Shown here in pieces: positions 10,461-20,498 of a stretch of 64,000 nucleotides of DNA. The position numbers and the translations under genes are program-made. Origin of the DNA: an uncultured Clostridia bacterium (GTDB lineage Bacteria; Bacillota_I; Bacilli_A; RF39; UBA660). Positions within the stretch are counted from its first letter, which is position 1. Each line of letters opens with the position of its first letter. The stretch spans positions 4,194-68,193 of the forward strand of contig CAMJWT010000009.1 in the NCBI GenBank assembly GCA_946409545.1, given 5' to 3'. The notes below the pieces were generated by a model. That model was not told the origin of the DNA, did no database searches, and saw only the letters and a program-made list of their open reading frames with translations.

Positions 10461-13400
10461 TTAATCATGAAAATATAACATATCAGGTAATTGACGATCT
10501 CCACCAAAGACTTTTTTTGGTTCTGACATATCCTTGGTTTTATAGTATAATTTTCTACTACCTCCACCATCTAAATTATATGGTTCTTTACATCCAGTTA
10601 AACTAATAATAATATTTCCACATCCAGAAACAGTACCACTTCCTGATAGTAATACAAAGTTATTAGTGTCATACTGACATATTTGTGTTCTATTAGCATT
10701 ATTGGTGCTATGATCAATCGAAGTTGGACTACTTATTGCAAAGGTACTATGAACACCATCATCACTAAATGTTGATGCTGGTTTATCAACATATAATTTT
10801 AAATTACCTTTACTATTAACACCAACAACTGCCGCACTTGTACTACCATTATTCTTAGCAAATTTACCATGACTTCGAACGATACCACCTTTTGGTGTTC
10901 CATTAGCAAAGAAACTTGCATTTACAGCTACTAAACCTTTATTTTGTAAACTATAATTTTTTATCTCATTCTTTAAGATTGTTTCAGCAGGTAAAACACC
11001 TTGAGCATTTGAATAAGCAAGGGCACTTTCAAGTTGCGTCTTTGGATCAGCTACCCAAATAAGGATAATATCTTGAGACTTATATGAGAAAATACGATAT
11101 TTAAATGTTGAACTACTATAAGATACTTTATTAGAATAACTACTATATTTACTATCTTCCGTAATAACATATCCTGTAGTTGCTGCTTTTTCAACAGTAA
11201 CTTTACAAGTTGCCGTTTTTCCATTACTTGTTTTAGCCGTAATGGTAGCTGTTCCCGCCTTTTTACCAGTTACTTTTCCACTACTTGATACTGTAGCAAC
11301 TCCCGTATCACTACTTGACCATGTTACGGTTTTATCGGTTGCATTATCTGGATAAACAGTTGCTGTTAATGTTTTAGAAGCATTAACTTTAACCGTTATT
11401 GATGTGTTATCTAAACTAATACTTGTTACTGCTACTGTTGCTTTTTCAACGGTTACTTTACAAGTTGCGGTCTTTCCATTATTGGATTTTGCTGTTATCG
11501 TTGCTGTTCCTGCTTTCTTACCAGTTACTTTTCCACTACTTGATACTGTAGCAACTCCTGTATTAGAACTTTCCCATGTTACTGTTTGATTTGTCGCATT
11601 ACTTGGTGTTATCGTTGCAACAAGTGTTTTCGTTCCTTCTTCTTTTATTGTAATAGATGTTTTATCTAAACTAATTCCCGTTACTGCTACGGTTGTTGTA
11701 GCTTTTTCAACAGTAACCTTACAAGTTGCTGTTTTACCATTATTGGATTTTGCTGTTATCGTTGCTGTTCCTGCTTTCTTACCAGTTACTTTTCCCGAGC
11801 TTGTTACTGTAGCAACTTCTGTATTAGAACTTTCCCATGTTACAGTTTGATTTGTAGCATTACTTGGTGTTATCGTTGCAACAAGTGTTTTCGTTCCTTC
11901 TTCTTTTATCGTAATAGATGTTTTATCTAAACTAATTCCGGTTACTGCTACTGTTGCTTTTTCAACAGTTACTTTACAAGTCGCTGTTTTTCCATTATTA
12001 CTAGTAGCTGTTATGGTTGTAGTACCTTCTTTCATTGCTGTTACAACACCTGTATTTGATATCGTTGCAACACTTTGATCACTACTCGTCCAAGTAATTG
12101 TTTTATTAGTTGCATTACTTGGACTAACTGTAGCTACTAAAGTTTTTGTTCCTCCTACTTTTAAAGTAATTGCTGTATTATCTAAACTAACACCTGTTAC
12201 CGAAACTGTTGTTGTGCTTGATTCAACAGTTACTTTACAAGTTGCTGTTTTTCCATTATTAGATTTTGCTGTTATTGTTGCAGAACCTGTTTTAATTCCT
12301 TTAATTTTTCCACTACTTGATACAGTTACTATACTATTGTCACTACTTGTCCAAGTAACTGTTTTATTAGTTGCATTACTTGGATAAACAGTCGCTGTTA
12401 AAGATACTTCTTCTCCAACTTTTGTTTTTATACTATTTGTATTTAATGTAACACTTTGAACATCAATAATACTTGAGTTAACTGTCACTTTACAAGTGTC
12501 TTTCTTACCATTTACAGTAGTCACTGTTATGGTTGCTGTTCCTACTCCTTTAGTTTTAACAACACCATCTGATACTGTAGCAACAGTCGTATTAGAGCTT
12601 TCCCATGTAACTTTCTTATTTGTTGCATTACTTGGATTAATTGTTGCAATTAAATGAATTTCATCATCAACTGTTGTATTAATAGCATTAATATTTAAAG
12701 ATACTGATTGTACTGGTACATTATCTGCTTTAACATTAACTGTACAAGTTGCTGTTTTGCCATTACTTGATTTTGCTGTTATCGTTGCTGTTCCTACTCC
12801 TTTAGCTACTACTAATCCATCTTTTACAGTTGCAACACCAGTATTAGAACTTGTCCATGTAATAGTTTTATTTGATGTATTAGTTGGAGTGAACGTAACT
12901 GTTAAAGCATCTTTTGAACCAACGATTAAATCTAATGTTTTCTTATTTAAAGATATACTTTGTGCTTCTACATTAGAAACTGTTACTTTTATTTTTTTAG
13001 AAATATTCTTATGTACTGTTGTTACTGTTACCTCAGTTGTTCCAGCACTCTTTCCTTCAATTAAACCATTATTGACAGAAGCAATATTAGGATTACTACT
13101 AGACCACATAACACTTTGATAAGTTGCATTTGAAGGTACAACACTTGCTTCAACTTTCGTTGTTCCACCAATTGTTAGATTAACATTTGTTTTTGATAAA
13201 TTAATATCGGTTTCATCAATGATACTACTTACATTATTAACTATGACATTAATAGTTGCTTTATAACCACCATCATTAGTTCTAATTGTTACTTTAGCCG
13301 TACCACTTTCCATTGCGATAATCTTATTACCATCAACTTTAACAATACCATTATCGCTACTTGTAATAGTTACTCCTTGGTTAGTTGCATTACTTGGTTT

Positions 13401-14405
13401 AATTGTATATTCAATTTCAGCACTCTTACCTACATCTAAAGTAATATTACTATTTTTAACACTTATTCCAGTTACACCAACTACTTTATCAGTTACCGTA
13501 ACATCTATTAATTTTTCAATACCATTAACTGTTGTTGCAGCAATCTTAGTACTTCCAACTTGTTTACCAGTTACTACACCTTTACTATTAACTGTTGCAA
13601 TACTTGTATCAATACTTTCCCAAGTTACACTTTGATTAGCTTTTGCTGGCTTAACTTTGGCACTTATTTGTTTACTACCATCAACATTAATAGTTACTTT
13701 TTGTGGACTTACTTCAAGACCGGTTGGATCTACAACATCATCATGTATATCATCTCCAGGGTTATCTTCACTACTAAAGACTTTTACTAGAGCCGAGTCT
13801 TGAATTCCTGTTACTTTATCAGATACTGTAATATAGGCTTGTCCTTCTGCTTTTGCTTCAATCATACCTAAATTATCTATTATTGCAACTTCTGGATCAC
13901 TAGTCATATATTCAAATTCATGAAGAGTTGCTTCATGAGGAGTATATTTAAAACTAATTTGATATTTCTTTCCAATTTGTAAATTAATATTTTTAGGATT
14001 TACGATTATTTTTTCAATTCGAATATTATTTTCAGAAACAACTACTAAACATTCTGCTTTAATTTTTTCGTTTGATTCTAAATAAGCGGTGATTGTAGCA
14101 ATACCATTCTTTTTGGCTTCAACATAACCCGTTACCTCATTTATAGAAACAATATCTGGTTTATCACTTTTATATTTTACTTTACCACTACGTGTATTTT
14201 CTGGATAAACTTTACTTGTTAATTGAAAACTCTTATTCTTTTTCAATCTTATCTCGCTTTGCGATAAACTTATTAATTCAGCTTTTTTATCATAGGGACT
14301 ATCAATAACACCATATGTTACTAATCCAAAATAAACAACAAAGCCTAAGATACCAATTAATAATAATATTGATATCAATCTTAAAAATCCTCTTATTATT
14401 TTCAT
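10461..14405 (-). CDS. large surface protein with about 12 Big_2 repeats and C-terminal phosphodiester-glycosidase-like domain
   Basis: 1314 aa. Its N-terminus is homologous to the 5734 and 14539 paralogs. It carries an internal array of near-identical about 87-aa Big_2 units (KATVAVTGISLDKTSITIKEEGTKTLVATITPSNATNQTVTWESSNT...). The C-terminal domain reads YNLDGGGSRKLYYKTKDMSEPKKVFGGDR. Confidence 0.7.
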   Translation of the reverse strand: MKIIRGFLRLISILLLIGILGFVVYFGLVTYGVIDSPYDKKAELISLSQSEIRLKKNKSFQLTSKVYPENTRSGKVKYKSDKPDIVSINEVTGYVEAKKNGIATITAYLESNEKIKAECLVVVSENNIRIEKIIVNPKNINLQIGKKYQISFKYTPHEATLHEFEYMTSDPEVAIIDNLGMIEAKAEGQAYITVSDKVTGIQDSALVKVFSSEDNPGDDIHDDVVDPTGLEVSPQKVTINVDGSKQISAKVKPAKANQSVTWESIDTSIATVNSKGVVTGKQVGSTKIAATTVNGIEKLIDVTVTDKVVGVTGISVKNSNITLDVGKSAEIEYTIKPSNATNQGVTITSSDNGIVKVDGNKIIAMESGTAKVTIRTNDGGYKATINVIVNNVSSIIDETDINLSKTNVNLTIGGTTKVEASVVPSNATYQSVMWSSSNPNIASVNNGLIEGKSAGTTEVTVTTVHKNISKKIKVTVSNVEAQSISLNKKTLDLIVGSKDALTVTFTPTNTSNKTITWTSSNTGVATVKDGLVVAKGVGTATITAKSSNGKTATCTVNVKADNVPVQSVSLNINAINTTVDDEIHLIATINPSNATNKKVTWESSNTTVATVSDGVVKTKGVGTATITVTTVNGKKDTCKVTVNSSIIDVQSVTLNTNSIKTKVGEEVSLTATVYPSNATNKTVTWTSSDNSIVTVSSSGKIKGIKTGSATITAKSNNGKTATCKVTVESSTTTVSVTGVSLDNTAITLKVGGTKTLVATVSPSNATNKTITWTSSDQSVATISNTGVVTAMKEGTTTITATSNNGKTATCKVTVEKATVAVTGISLDKTSITIKEEGTKTLVATITPSNATNQTVTWESSNTEVATVTSSGKVTGKKAGTATITAKSNNGKTATCKVTVEKATTTVAVTGISLDKTSITIKEEGTKTLVATITPSNATNQTVTWESSNTGVATVSSSGKVTGKKAGTATITAKSNNGKTATCKVTVEKATVAVTSISLDNTSITVKVNASKTLTATVYPDNATDKTVTWSSSDTGVATVSSSGKVTGKKAGTATITAKTSNGKTATCKVTVEKAATTGYVITEDSKYSSYSNKVSYSSSTFKYRIFSYKSQDIILIWVADPKTQLESALAYSNAQGVLPAETILKNEIKNYSLQNKGLVAVNASFFANGTPKGGIVRSHGKFAKNNGSTSAAVVGVNSKGNLKLYVDKPASTFSDDGVHSTFAISSPTSIDHSTNNANRTQICQYDTNNFVLLSGSGTVSGCGNIIISLTGCKEPYNLDGGGSRKLYYKTKDMSEPKKVFGGDRQLPDMLYFHD

Positions 14406-14486
14406 ACACTACTCCTATTTTAATTATATCATCGATTATAATATCTACAATTATTTTAAAAATTTTATTTATATGTTTACATAATA

Positions 14487-14511
14487 AAAAAGTGATAAAA
14501 TATCACTTTTT
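14487..14511 (-). terminator. terminator hairpin after the 735-aa gene
   Basis: AAAGTGATA-AAA-TATCACTTT followed by a T-run. Confidence 0.55.
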
Positions 14512-14538
14512 TTATTTATTAAGGTATTAATAATTTTA

Positions 14539-16746
14539 TCAATTATCTTCAATAATATCATCAGAAGATGTTGAAACTTCTTCTTTAACTGTTACATTAC
14601 AAGTATCTATTTTTCCATTATATGCTTTTACCGTTATAATAGCAGTTCCTTCACTAACACCTTTTACAATACCATTGGCATTAACTTTTGCAATACTAGT
14701 ATCACTACTTTCCCATGTTACATTTTGATTTGTTGCATTAAATGGATTAAAGGTTACATGTAATTCTTTTTTTTCACCAACTTTCAACAATAGCTCGTTG
14801 TTATCTAAAGATATACTATCTAGTTCTACAACTTTATTATTTCCACTTACTATAACTTCACAAGTTGCAGATAGTCCATTAACTGTTGAAGCTTTAATTG
14901 TAGTTTTTCCTACACCTATAGTTTCTACTACACCATCTGATACCGTTGCAACACTCGGATTAGAACTTTCCCATATAACTTTTTTATTTGTAGCATTATC
15001 TGGGTTTATTGTTGCTGTAATATAAATTCGATCATTAACTTCAGTATTAATTACTTGTTTATCTAATGTAATTTCTGAAACAGGAACTCTATTTTCTATA
15101 ACATTAATAGTACACAACGCCGTTTTATTATTATTTGTTTTTACAGTAATATTTGTTGTACCTACACTTAATGCTTTTACTAGACCATTATCAACAGTAG
15201 CAACATTAGGATTAGAACTAGTCCAAGTTACATTTTTATTAGTAGCGTTACTTGGAGTAACTGTTTTAACTAATACGAGTTCATCACCTACAGTAATATT
15301 AGCATTTTTCTTATCTAAACTAATACTTTGAACTTCTTGTTCACGAACTGTTACATTTATTTTTTTTGAAATACTTTTATATACACTTGTAACGATAACA
15401 TCCGTTTTACCGATTCCTTTTCCTACGATTAAACCATCTGATACTGTTGCAATAGATGAATCTTTACTATTCCATAATAAACTTGTATAAGTTGCATTAG
15501 ATGGAATAACATTAGCATTTATTTTATCAGTTCCACCAACAATAATATCTACATTATTTTTAGATAAATTAATATCTTTTTCTTCAATAATTCGAGATAC
15601 TTTATTAACTATTACTTTAGAAGTATCTTTATATCCACCATCAAGGGTTTCAACTGTTACTTTAGCTTCACCACTTTTTATAGCGATTATTCTATTTCCA
15701 TCTATTCTTATTATTTCACCATTATTTGTTGATATTTTAACACCTTGATTGGTAGCGTTTGATGGATTTATTTTATAAGTTAACTTTTTACTATCACCAA
15801 CATTCATTGTTATATTCTTATTCGTAATATTAATACCTTTAACTTTAACTATATCGCTAGTTACTTTAACTGTAATGAAATCTTCTATCCCATTAATCGT
15901 TGTAGCTAATATTTTAGTTGTTCCTTCTTTTATTCCTGTTACTACTCCTAAATCAGATACCATTGCAATATTACTATCCATACTTTCATATGTAATATCA
16001 CTATTAGCTCCTTCTGGAGAAATAATTGTTTCAATTTGATTACTACCACCAATACTTACAGTCATATTTTTAGGTTTTAATTCAAGTTTCGTTGGAACAT
16101 CTTCTTCTAATTTTTCATAAACATTTACTTCTACTTCTTGATATACACCAGATACTTTATCACTAACAACAACCAATGTTGTTCCACTATTAATTGCTTT
16201 GATATTACCATTACTATCAACTGTTGCTACTTTAGGATCTCCTGTCATATATTCTATTTCATGTAAAGCTGCTTCTTTTGGTAATATTTTATAATTAATT
16301 TTGTATTGATTACCAACTTGTAAATATACTCTTTTAGTACTTAAAATTATTTCTTCAATACGAATATCATTATCAGATACAATTACAAGACACTGAGCTT
16401 TAATATCTTTATATTTATCCAAATATGCAGTAATTGTTGCAACACCATTATTTTTAGCTTCTAAATATCCTGTTATTTCATTAACACTAACAATATTAGG
16501 TTTATCACTTTCAAAAATAATTTTTTTATTTTTCATATCACCTGGAAGAATCTTGGCATTTAATTGAAATGATTTAAACTTTTTTAATCTAATTTCACTT
16601 TGTGATAAAGATAAATCTTCTGGTTTCTTTTCAAAAGGATTACTTATTACTCCAAAAGACAATAATGAAAAACCTATGATAAATACTACGATAAATATCA
16701 TAAAATACACTGATATCTTTTTAACTAATACATTATCAAATTTCAT
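14539..16746 (-). CDS. surface-anchored Big_2 repeat protein (no catalytic C-terminal domain)
   Basis: 735 aa. The N-terminal signal-anchor plus first two domains are homologous to the 5734 and 10461 paralogs. About seven Big_2 units follow, and the protein ends in an acidic tail. Confidence 0.65.
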   Translation of the reverse strand: MKFDNVLVKKISVYFMIFIVVFIIGFSLLSFGVISNPFEKKPEDLSLSQSEIRLKKFKSFQLNAKILPGDMKNKKIIFESDKPNIVSVNEITGYLEAKNNGVATITAYLDKYKDIKAQCLVIVSDNDIRIEEIILSTKRVYLQVGNQYKINYKILPKEAALHEIEYMTGDPKVATVDSNGNIKAINSGTTLVVVSDKVSGVYQEVEVNVYEKLEEDVPTKLELKPKNMTVSIGGSNQIETIISPEGANSDITYESMDSNIAMVSDLGVVTGIKEGTTKILATTINGIEDFITVKVTSDIVKVKGINITNKNITMNVGDSKKLTYKINPSNATNQGVKISTNNGEIIRIDGNRIIAIKSGEAKVTVETLDGGYKDTSKVIVNKVSRIIEEKDINLSKNNVDIIVGGTDKINANVIPSNATYTSLLWNSKDSSIATVSDGLIVGKGIGKTDVIVTSVYKSISKKINVTVREQEVQSISLDKKNANITVGDELVLVKTVTPSNATNKNVTWTSSNPNVATVDNGLVKALSVGTTNITVKTNNNKTALCTINVIENRVPVSEITLDKQVINTEVNDRIYITATINPDNATNKKVIWESSNPSVATVSDGVVETIGVGKTTIKASTVNGLSATCEVIVSGNNKVVELDSISLDNNELLLKVGEKKELHVTFNPFNATNQNVTWESSDTSIAKVNANGIVKGVSEGTAIITVKAYNGKIDTCNVTVKEEVSTSSDDIIEDN

Positions 16747-16787
16747 AATTAACTCCTACATTTTTATTATAACATTTATACTTATTA

Positions 16788-16815
16788 AAAAGTGAACAAA
16801 TTATTGTTCACTTTT
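16788..16815 (-). terminator. terminator hairpin after the NlpC/P60 surface protein gene
   Basis: AAAAGTGAACAA-ATTA-TTGTTCACTTTT. Confidence 0.55.
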
Positions 16816-16816
16816 T

Positions 16817-18340
16817 TTACCATTTAATCCACATATTAGTTAGTTTTCCATCACCATTTGCATATATTACATTTCGATAATATGCATCTTGATGTTCAGG
16901 ATCAGTACAGTCACCATTACGACAATTTGTTGAAGGATTAGGAGGATTCTTTTTAGAAATTTTGTTTAAACCATTACTTAATGTATAAATATAATCATCA
17001 TCTATTCCGATAATTAATTCATCATGGCCAAAAGGAATACCTACAATATTTTTCTTATCACGATCATAAGAAAGTAAAACGTCACCTACTCTTATTTTAT
17101 CTAGATTACCTCTTACAGGCGTTGGACTATTAGAATAAGCTCTTCTAATGCCATTAGTATTAAATGGCCAATTCATAAATCCCGTACAATCCATACCATT
17201 TATATATCCATTTTTTCGACAACCCCAAGAGTTAGTTTTAGTTCCAAAATGTAATCCTGCCGTATAAATATTATTTCCACCAGTTCCTTGATAAGCAATA
17301 ACATATGGAATATTACCCATTAAGAATCTACCAGCTTCGACAACCCCTGCTCTAGTTCCTCTTCCTACTTTATTAATAATACTATTCAATTGATTATTTA
17401 GTTTATCATTTTCAGCATCACTTATTTTTCCACAATAACCTGATGAATATAATGGAGTTCCATTATTTGGTTTAAAATGATATGGCAATTTATCTGTTAT
17501 AGAACATTTAACAGTCTTCGTTCTTCCATCATCAAGAGTTAAAGTAACTTTTATATTAGTATATCCTCTTGTAGCATTCTTATAAGCATTTTTACCATCT
17601 ACTTCTTTACCATTTAAATCCCATCTATATTTTTTTACGACATCTAAATTGTCACCAGTTACTTTTGCTGATGTACCATCAGTATCTACTTTTCCACTAC
17701 ATTTGAAATTATAATTAATTGGTTTAACAACAACAGTGCATGTTGCATATTTGTTGTTATTAGCTTTAGCAATGATTGCAACTGTTCCTGCTTTAACACC
17801 TGTTATAACACCATTATCTACTGTAGCAATACTATTATCACCACTTATCCATTCAATACTTTTATCAGTGGCATCACTTGGATTAATCGTAGCTGTTAAA
17901 GTTTCTTTTGCTCCAACTTTAATTGAAAGTGATTCTTTATCTAAGATAACTTCACTTACTTCAATAATAGGTTTTTTTACAATAACTTCACATGTTGCTG
18001 TTTTACCATTATTTGATTTAGCAGTTATTATAGCATTACCTGCCGTTAACCCTGTAACATTTCCATTATCAACTGTAGCAATATTACTATCACTACTTTC
18101 CCAAGTAACAGTTTTATTAGTTGCATTAACCGGTAATATTGTTTCTCTAATAGTTGCACTGTCACCTTCTATTAATACAAGAGATATCGTATCTAGAGCT
18201 ATACTATTTACTTCAACAGTATTATCATCACTACCTGTATTATCACCAGTATTACTTGGAGTATTATCAAGGAATAATAATAGTACACATAAAGCTATTA
18301 AAACTATAAAGATAATTATCGCTATAGAATATTTCTTCAT
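16817..18340 (-). CDS. surface-anchored Big_2 protein with C-terminal NlpC/P60-family (papain-fold) peptidase domain
   Basis: 507 aa with an N-terminal TM and two Big_2 units. The C-terminus has the motifs GMDCTGF ... VGDVLLSY ... GHDELIIG, which is the canonical NlpC/P60 Cys-His arrangement. Confidence 0.62.
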   Translation of the reverse strand: MKKYSIAIIIFIVLIALCVLLLFLDNTPSNTGDNTGSDDNTVEVNSIALDTISLVLIEGDSATIRETILPVNATNKTVTWESSDSNIATVDNGNVTGLTAGNAIITAKSNNGKTATCEVIVKKPIIEVSEVILDKESLSIKVGAKETLTATINPSDATDKSIEWISGDNSIATVDNGVITGVKAGTVAIIAKANNNKYATCTVVVKPINYNFKCSGKVDTDGTSAKVTGDNLDVVKKYRWDLNGKEVDGKNAYKNATRGYTNIKVTLTLDDGRTKTVKCSITDKLPYHFKPNNGTPLYSSGYCGKISDAENDKLNNQLNSIINKVGRGTRAGVVEAGRFLMGNIPYVIAYQGTGGNNIYTAGLHFGTKTNSWGCRKNGYINGMDCTGFMNWPFNTNGIRRAYSNSPTPVRGNLDKIRVGDVLLSYDRDKKNIVGIPFGHDELIIGIDDDYIYTLSNGLNKISKKNPPNPSTNCRNGDCTDPEHQDAYYRNVIYANGDGKLTNMWIKW

Positions 18341-18474
18341 ACACTTCTCCTATTATAATAATAACATTCTTTATAAATTTTAATAACAAAAAACAAATAT
18401 AATTTATTGTTATTTACAATATTTATTAATACAACTTTTTAAAGAATATTGTATAATTAAAATATGGAGGATAA

Positions 18475-19299
18475 ATGGAAAAGATAAATGAAGCTATTAT
18501 ACTCTTAGGAGGTATGGGAACAAGAATGTTACCATATACCAAAACAGTTAGTAAAGAAATGATTCCTATATATGATGTACCTAATATTCATCTAATTGTT
18601 AAAGAATGTCTTAATAGTGGTATCAATAGAATAATCTTTGTTATAACTAAATATAATCGAAAACTTATTGAAAATTATTTCACTACTAATAATTATTTAA
18701 ATAATTTTATTAAAGGTAATAAAGAAAAAGAAAAGTTATTAGATGATATCAACGAAATAATAAAAAAGATTAAATTCAGTTATGTTTATCAACAAGAAAG
18801 AGGCACATATGGAGCATTATATTCAGCAAGAAAATATATTAAAGGAGAAGCTTTCGCTCTTTTATATGGAGATGATTTATTTGATAGTAAAACCCCAGCT
18901 ATTAAACAATTAATAGATAAATACAATAGTGAACAAATAATGAGTATGGGAACAATTGATACCAATAAAGATAAAGTTGGTATTGTAAAAAAAGATAATA
19001 AAAATTATTTAGTTGATCTAATAAGAAGTGATAAAGATATAAATGAAATAATAATTGGTAGAATGATTCTTTCTAAAGAAGTATTTAAAATTCATAAAGA
19101 TTTAAAATATTCAAGTACTAATGAATTATATTTACCACAAGCCCTACTTCATCACCTAAAAGGTAAAGTAAAATGTTATCCAATTGATGGAAAATATTTT
19201 AATATTGGTGATAAAATAGGATATATTAAAGCAAGCATTAATTATGCATTAAAATCAAGTTATAAAGATGAACTAATTGATTATATAAAAAATATTTAG
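18475..19299 (+). CDS. galU: UTP--glucose-1-phosphate uridylyltransferase-like sugar nucleotidyltransferase
   Basis: The N-terminus LLGGMGTRMLPYTKTVSKEMIPI matches the GalU signature (GxGTRxLPxTK..PKEMLP). 274 aa, with an RBS GGAGG 6 nt upstream. Confidence 0.62.
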   Translation: MEKINEAIILLGGMGTRMLPYTKTVSKEMIPIYDVPNIHLIVKECLNSGINRIIFVITKYNRKLIENYFTTNNYLNNFIKGNKEKEKLLDDINEIIKKIKFSYVYQQERGTYGALYSARKYIKGEAFALLYGDDLFDSKTPAIKQLIDKYNSEQIMSMGTIDTNKDKVGIVKKDNKNYLVDLIRSDKDINEIIIGRMILSKEVFKIHKDLKYSSTNELYLPQALLHHLKGKVKCYPIDGKYFNIGDKIGYIKASINYALKSSYKDELIDYIKNI

Positions 19300-19307
19300 G
19301 AGGAACG

Positions 19308-19709
19308 ATGGAAGATTGTATTTTTTGTAAAATTATTAAAGGAGATATCCCAAGTAAAAAAGTATATGAAGATGATTTAGTTTATTGTTTTCTAGATATT
19401 AATCCTCATACTGATGGTGATTGTTTAATTGTACCAAAGGAACATATTTTAGATTTTCACGATGCATCTGATGAATTATTAATTCACATTAATAATGTTA
19501 TTAAAGATTTAGAAATCAAATATCACTTAGCATTAAAAAGTGATGGATTAACAATTATTCATAATAGTGGTGTTGGACAAGAAGTAAAACATTTTCATAT
19601 TCACTTAATACCAAGATATGAATTAAATGATGTTGCTTTATCTGCAAAACGTGAATTAAAGAGTGTTGATGAAGTTTATGAAACAATAGAAAAAGAGTTT
19701 TTTAATTAA
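19308..19709 (+). CDS. HIT-family (histidine triad) nucleotide hydrolase/transferase
   Basis: The histidine triad motif HFHIHLIP is present. 133 aa. It lies 8 nt after the galU-like gene with its own GGAGG RBS. Confidence 0.8.
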   Translation: MEDCIFCKIIKGDIPSKKVYEDDLVYCFLDINPHTDGDCLIVPKEHILDFHDASDELLIHINNVIKDLEIKYHLALKSDGLTIIHNSGVGQEVKHFHIHLIPRYELNDVALSAKRELKSVDEVYETIEKEFFN

Positions 19710-19717
19710 AACTCTTT
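19692..19717. terminator. bidirectional terminator between HIT gene (+) and 19719 gene (-)
   Basis: AAAGAGTTTT-TTAATT-AAAACTCTTT with flanking A- and T-runs. Confidence 0.55.
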
Positions 19718-19718
19718 T

Positions 19719-20486
19719 TTATTTTACTTTATGAAATTCTCTTAAATAATAATTATTATCAACTTTTTGAAAAACATATTGATACTTTTTAACGTTTTTA
19801 AAATCATCTAAATGTTCTTTAAAATATTTTTGATACATTTTTTCAAGTTCATCCATATCATCACTAGATGAAACAATATTATTAGTTATATCTTTATCAT
19901 TAATACTATATCCATCAATTGGACTTCCTAATAAGAATAAGACATCAATGGTATATAAATCTTTTTCTTTTTTATATGAAGTAATATAGTAATCAATATA
20001 ACCACTACCATAATACCCATGACCAGGATGATTATCATTATAAGTAAACTTTTTGGTATCTTTGTTGTAATAAACTAATACTTCATTATCTACTTTACAA
20101 ATAATATTTTTATATTCTTTAGGAACAAAGCCATAAGCATGGCTAAAGTAATCATCAAACTTACTCTTATCTATTTCCCATTTTTTAGAATCTTCAAAAT
20201 GGTTGATATCACTATCATCATTTTTAGATATATAGTTAAAAGCAAGATATAGAATACCATTCGATAGTTTATTACTAAACTTAACATTATCATATTCATA
20301 TGATAAGGCATCAAGGCCATATTCATTGATAACATTTATCAAGAATTTTTTATTATTTTCTTCTGTTTCATTAATAACATTTTCGGTATCAGCTTTAATC
20401 TTTTTATCATAGATATAATAACAAGATAAGCACAATACTGTTAATGCTATAATAAATATAATTGTATTTTTAACTTTTGATTTCAT
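19719..20486 (-). CDS. hypothetical signal-anchored / lipoprotein-like protein
   Basis: 255 aa with an N-terminal hydrophobic segment IIFIIALTVLCLSC followed by Cys. It is Tyr/Asp/Lys-rich with no recognisable domain. Confidence 0.4.
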   Translation of the reverse strand: MKSKVKNTIIFIIALTVLCLSCYYIYDKKIKADTENVINETEENNKKFLINVINEYGLDALSYEYDNVKFSNKLSNGILYLAFNYISKNDDSDINHFEDSKKWEIDKSKFDDYFSHAYGFVPKEYKNIICKVDNEVLVYYNKDTKKFTYNDNHPGHGYYGSGYIDYYITSYKKEKDLYTIDVLFLLGSPIDGYSINDKDITNNIVSSSDDMDELEKMYQKYFKEHLDDFKNVKKYQYVFQKVDNNYYLREFHKVK

Positions 20487-20498
20487 TATTCACTCGTA

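Noticed and set aside
11180-12300. Regular about 260-bp direct repeats considered as a possible CRISPR array
   Set aside because: The repeats are contiguous with no unique spacers, far longer than CRISPR repeats, and in-frame within a continuous 1314-aa ORF. No cas genes are present.
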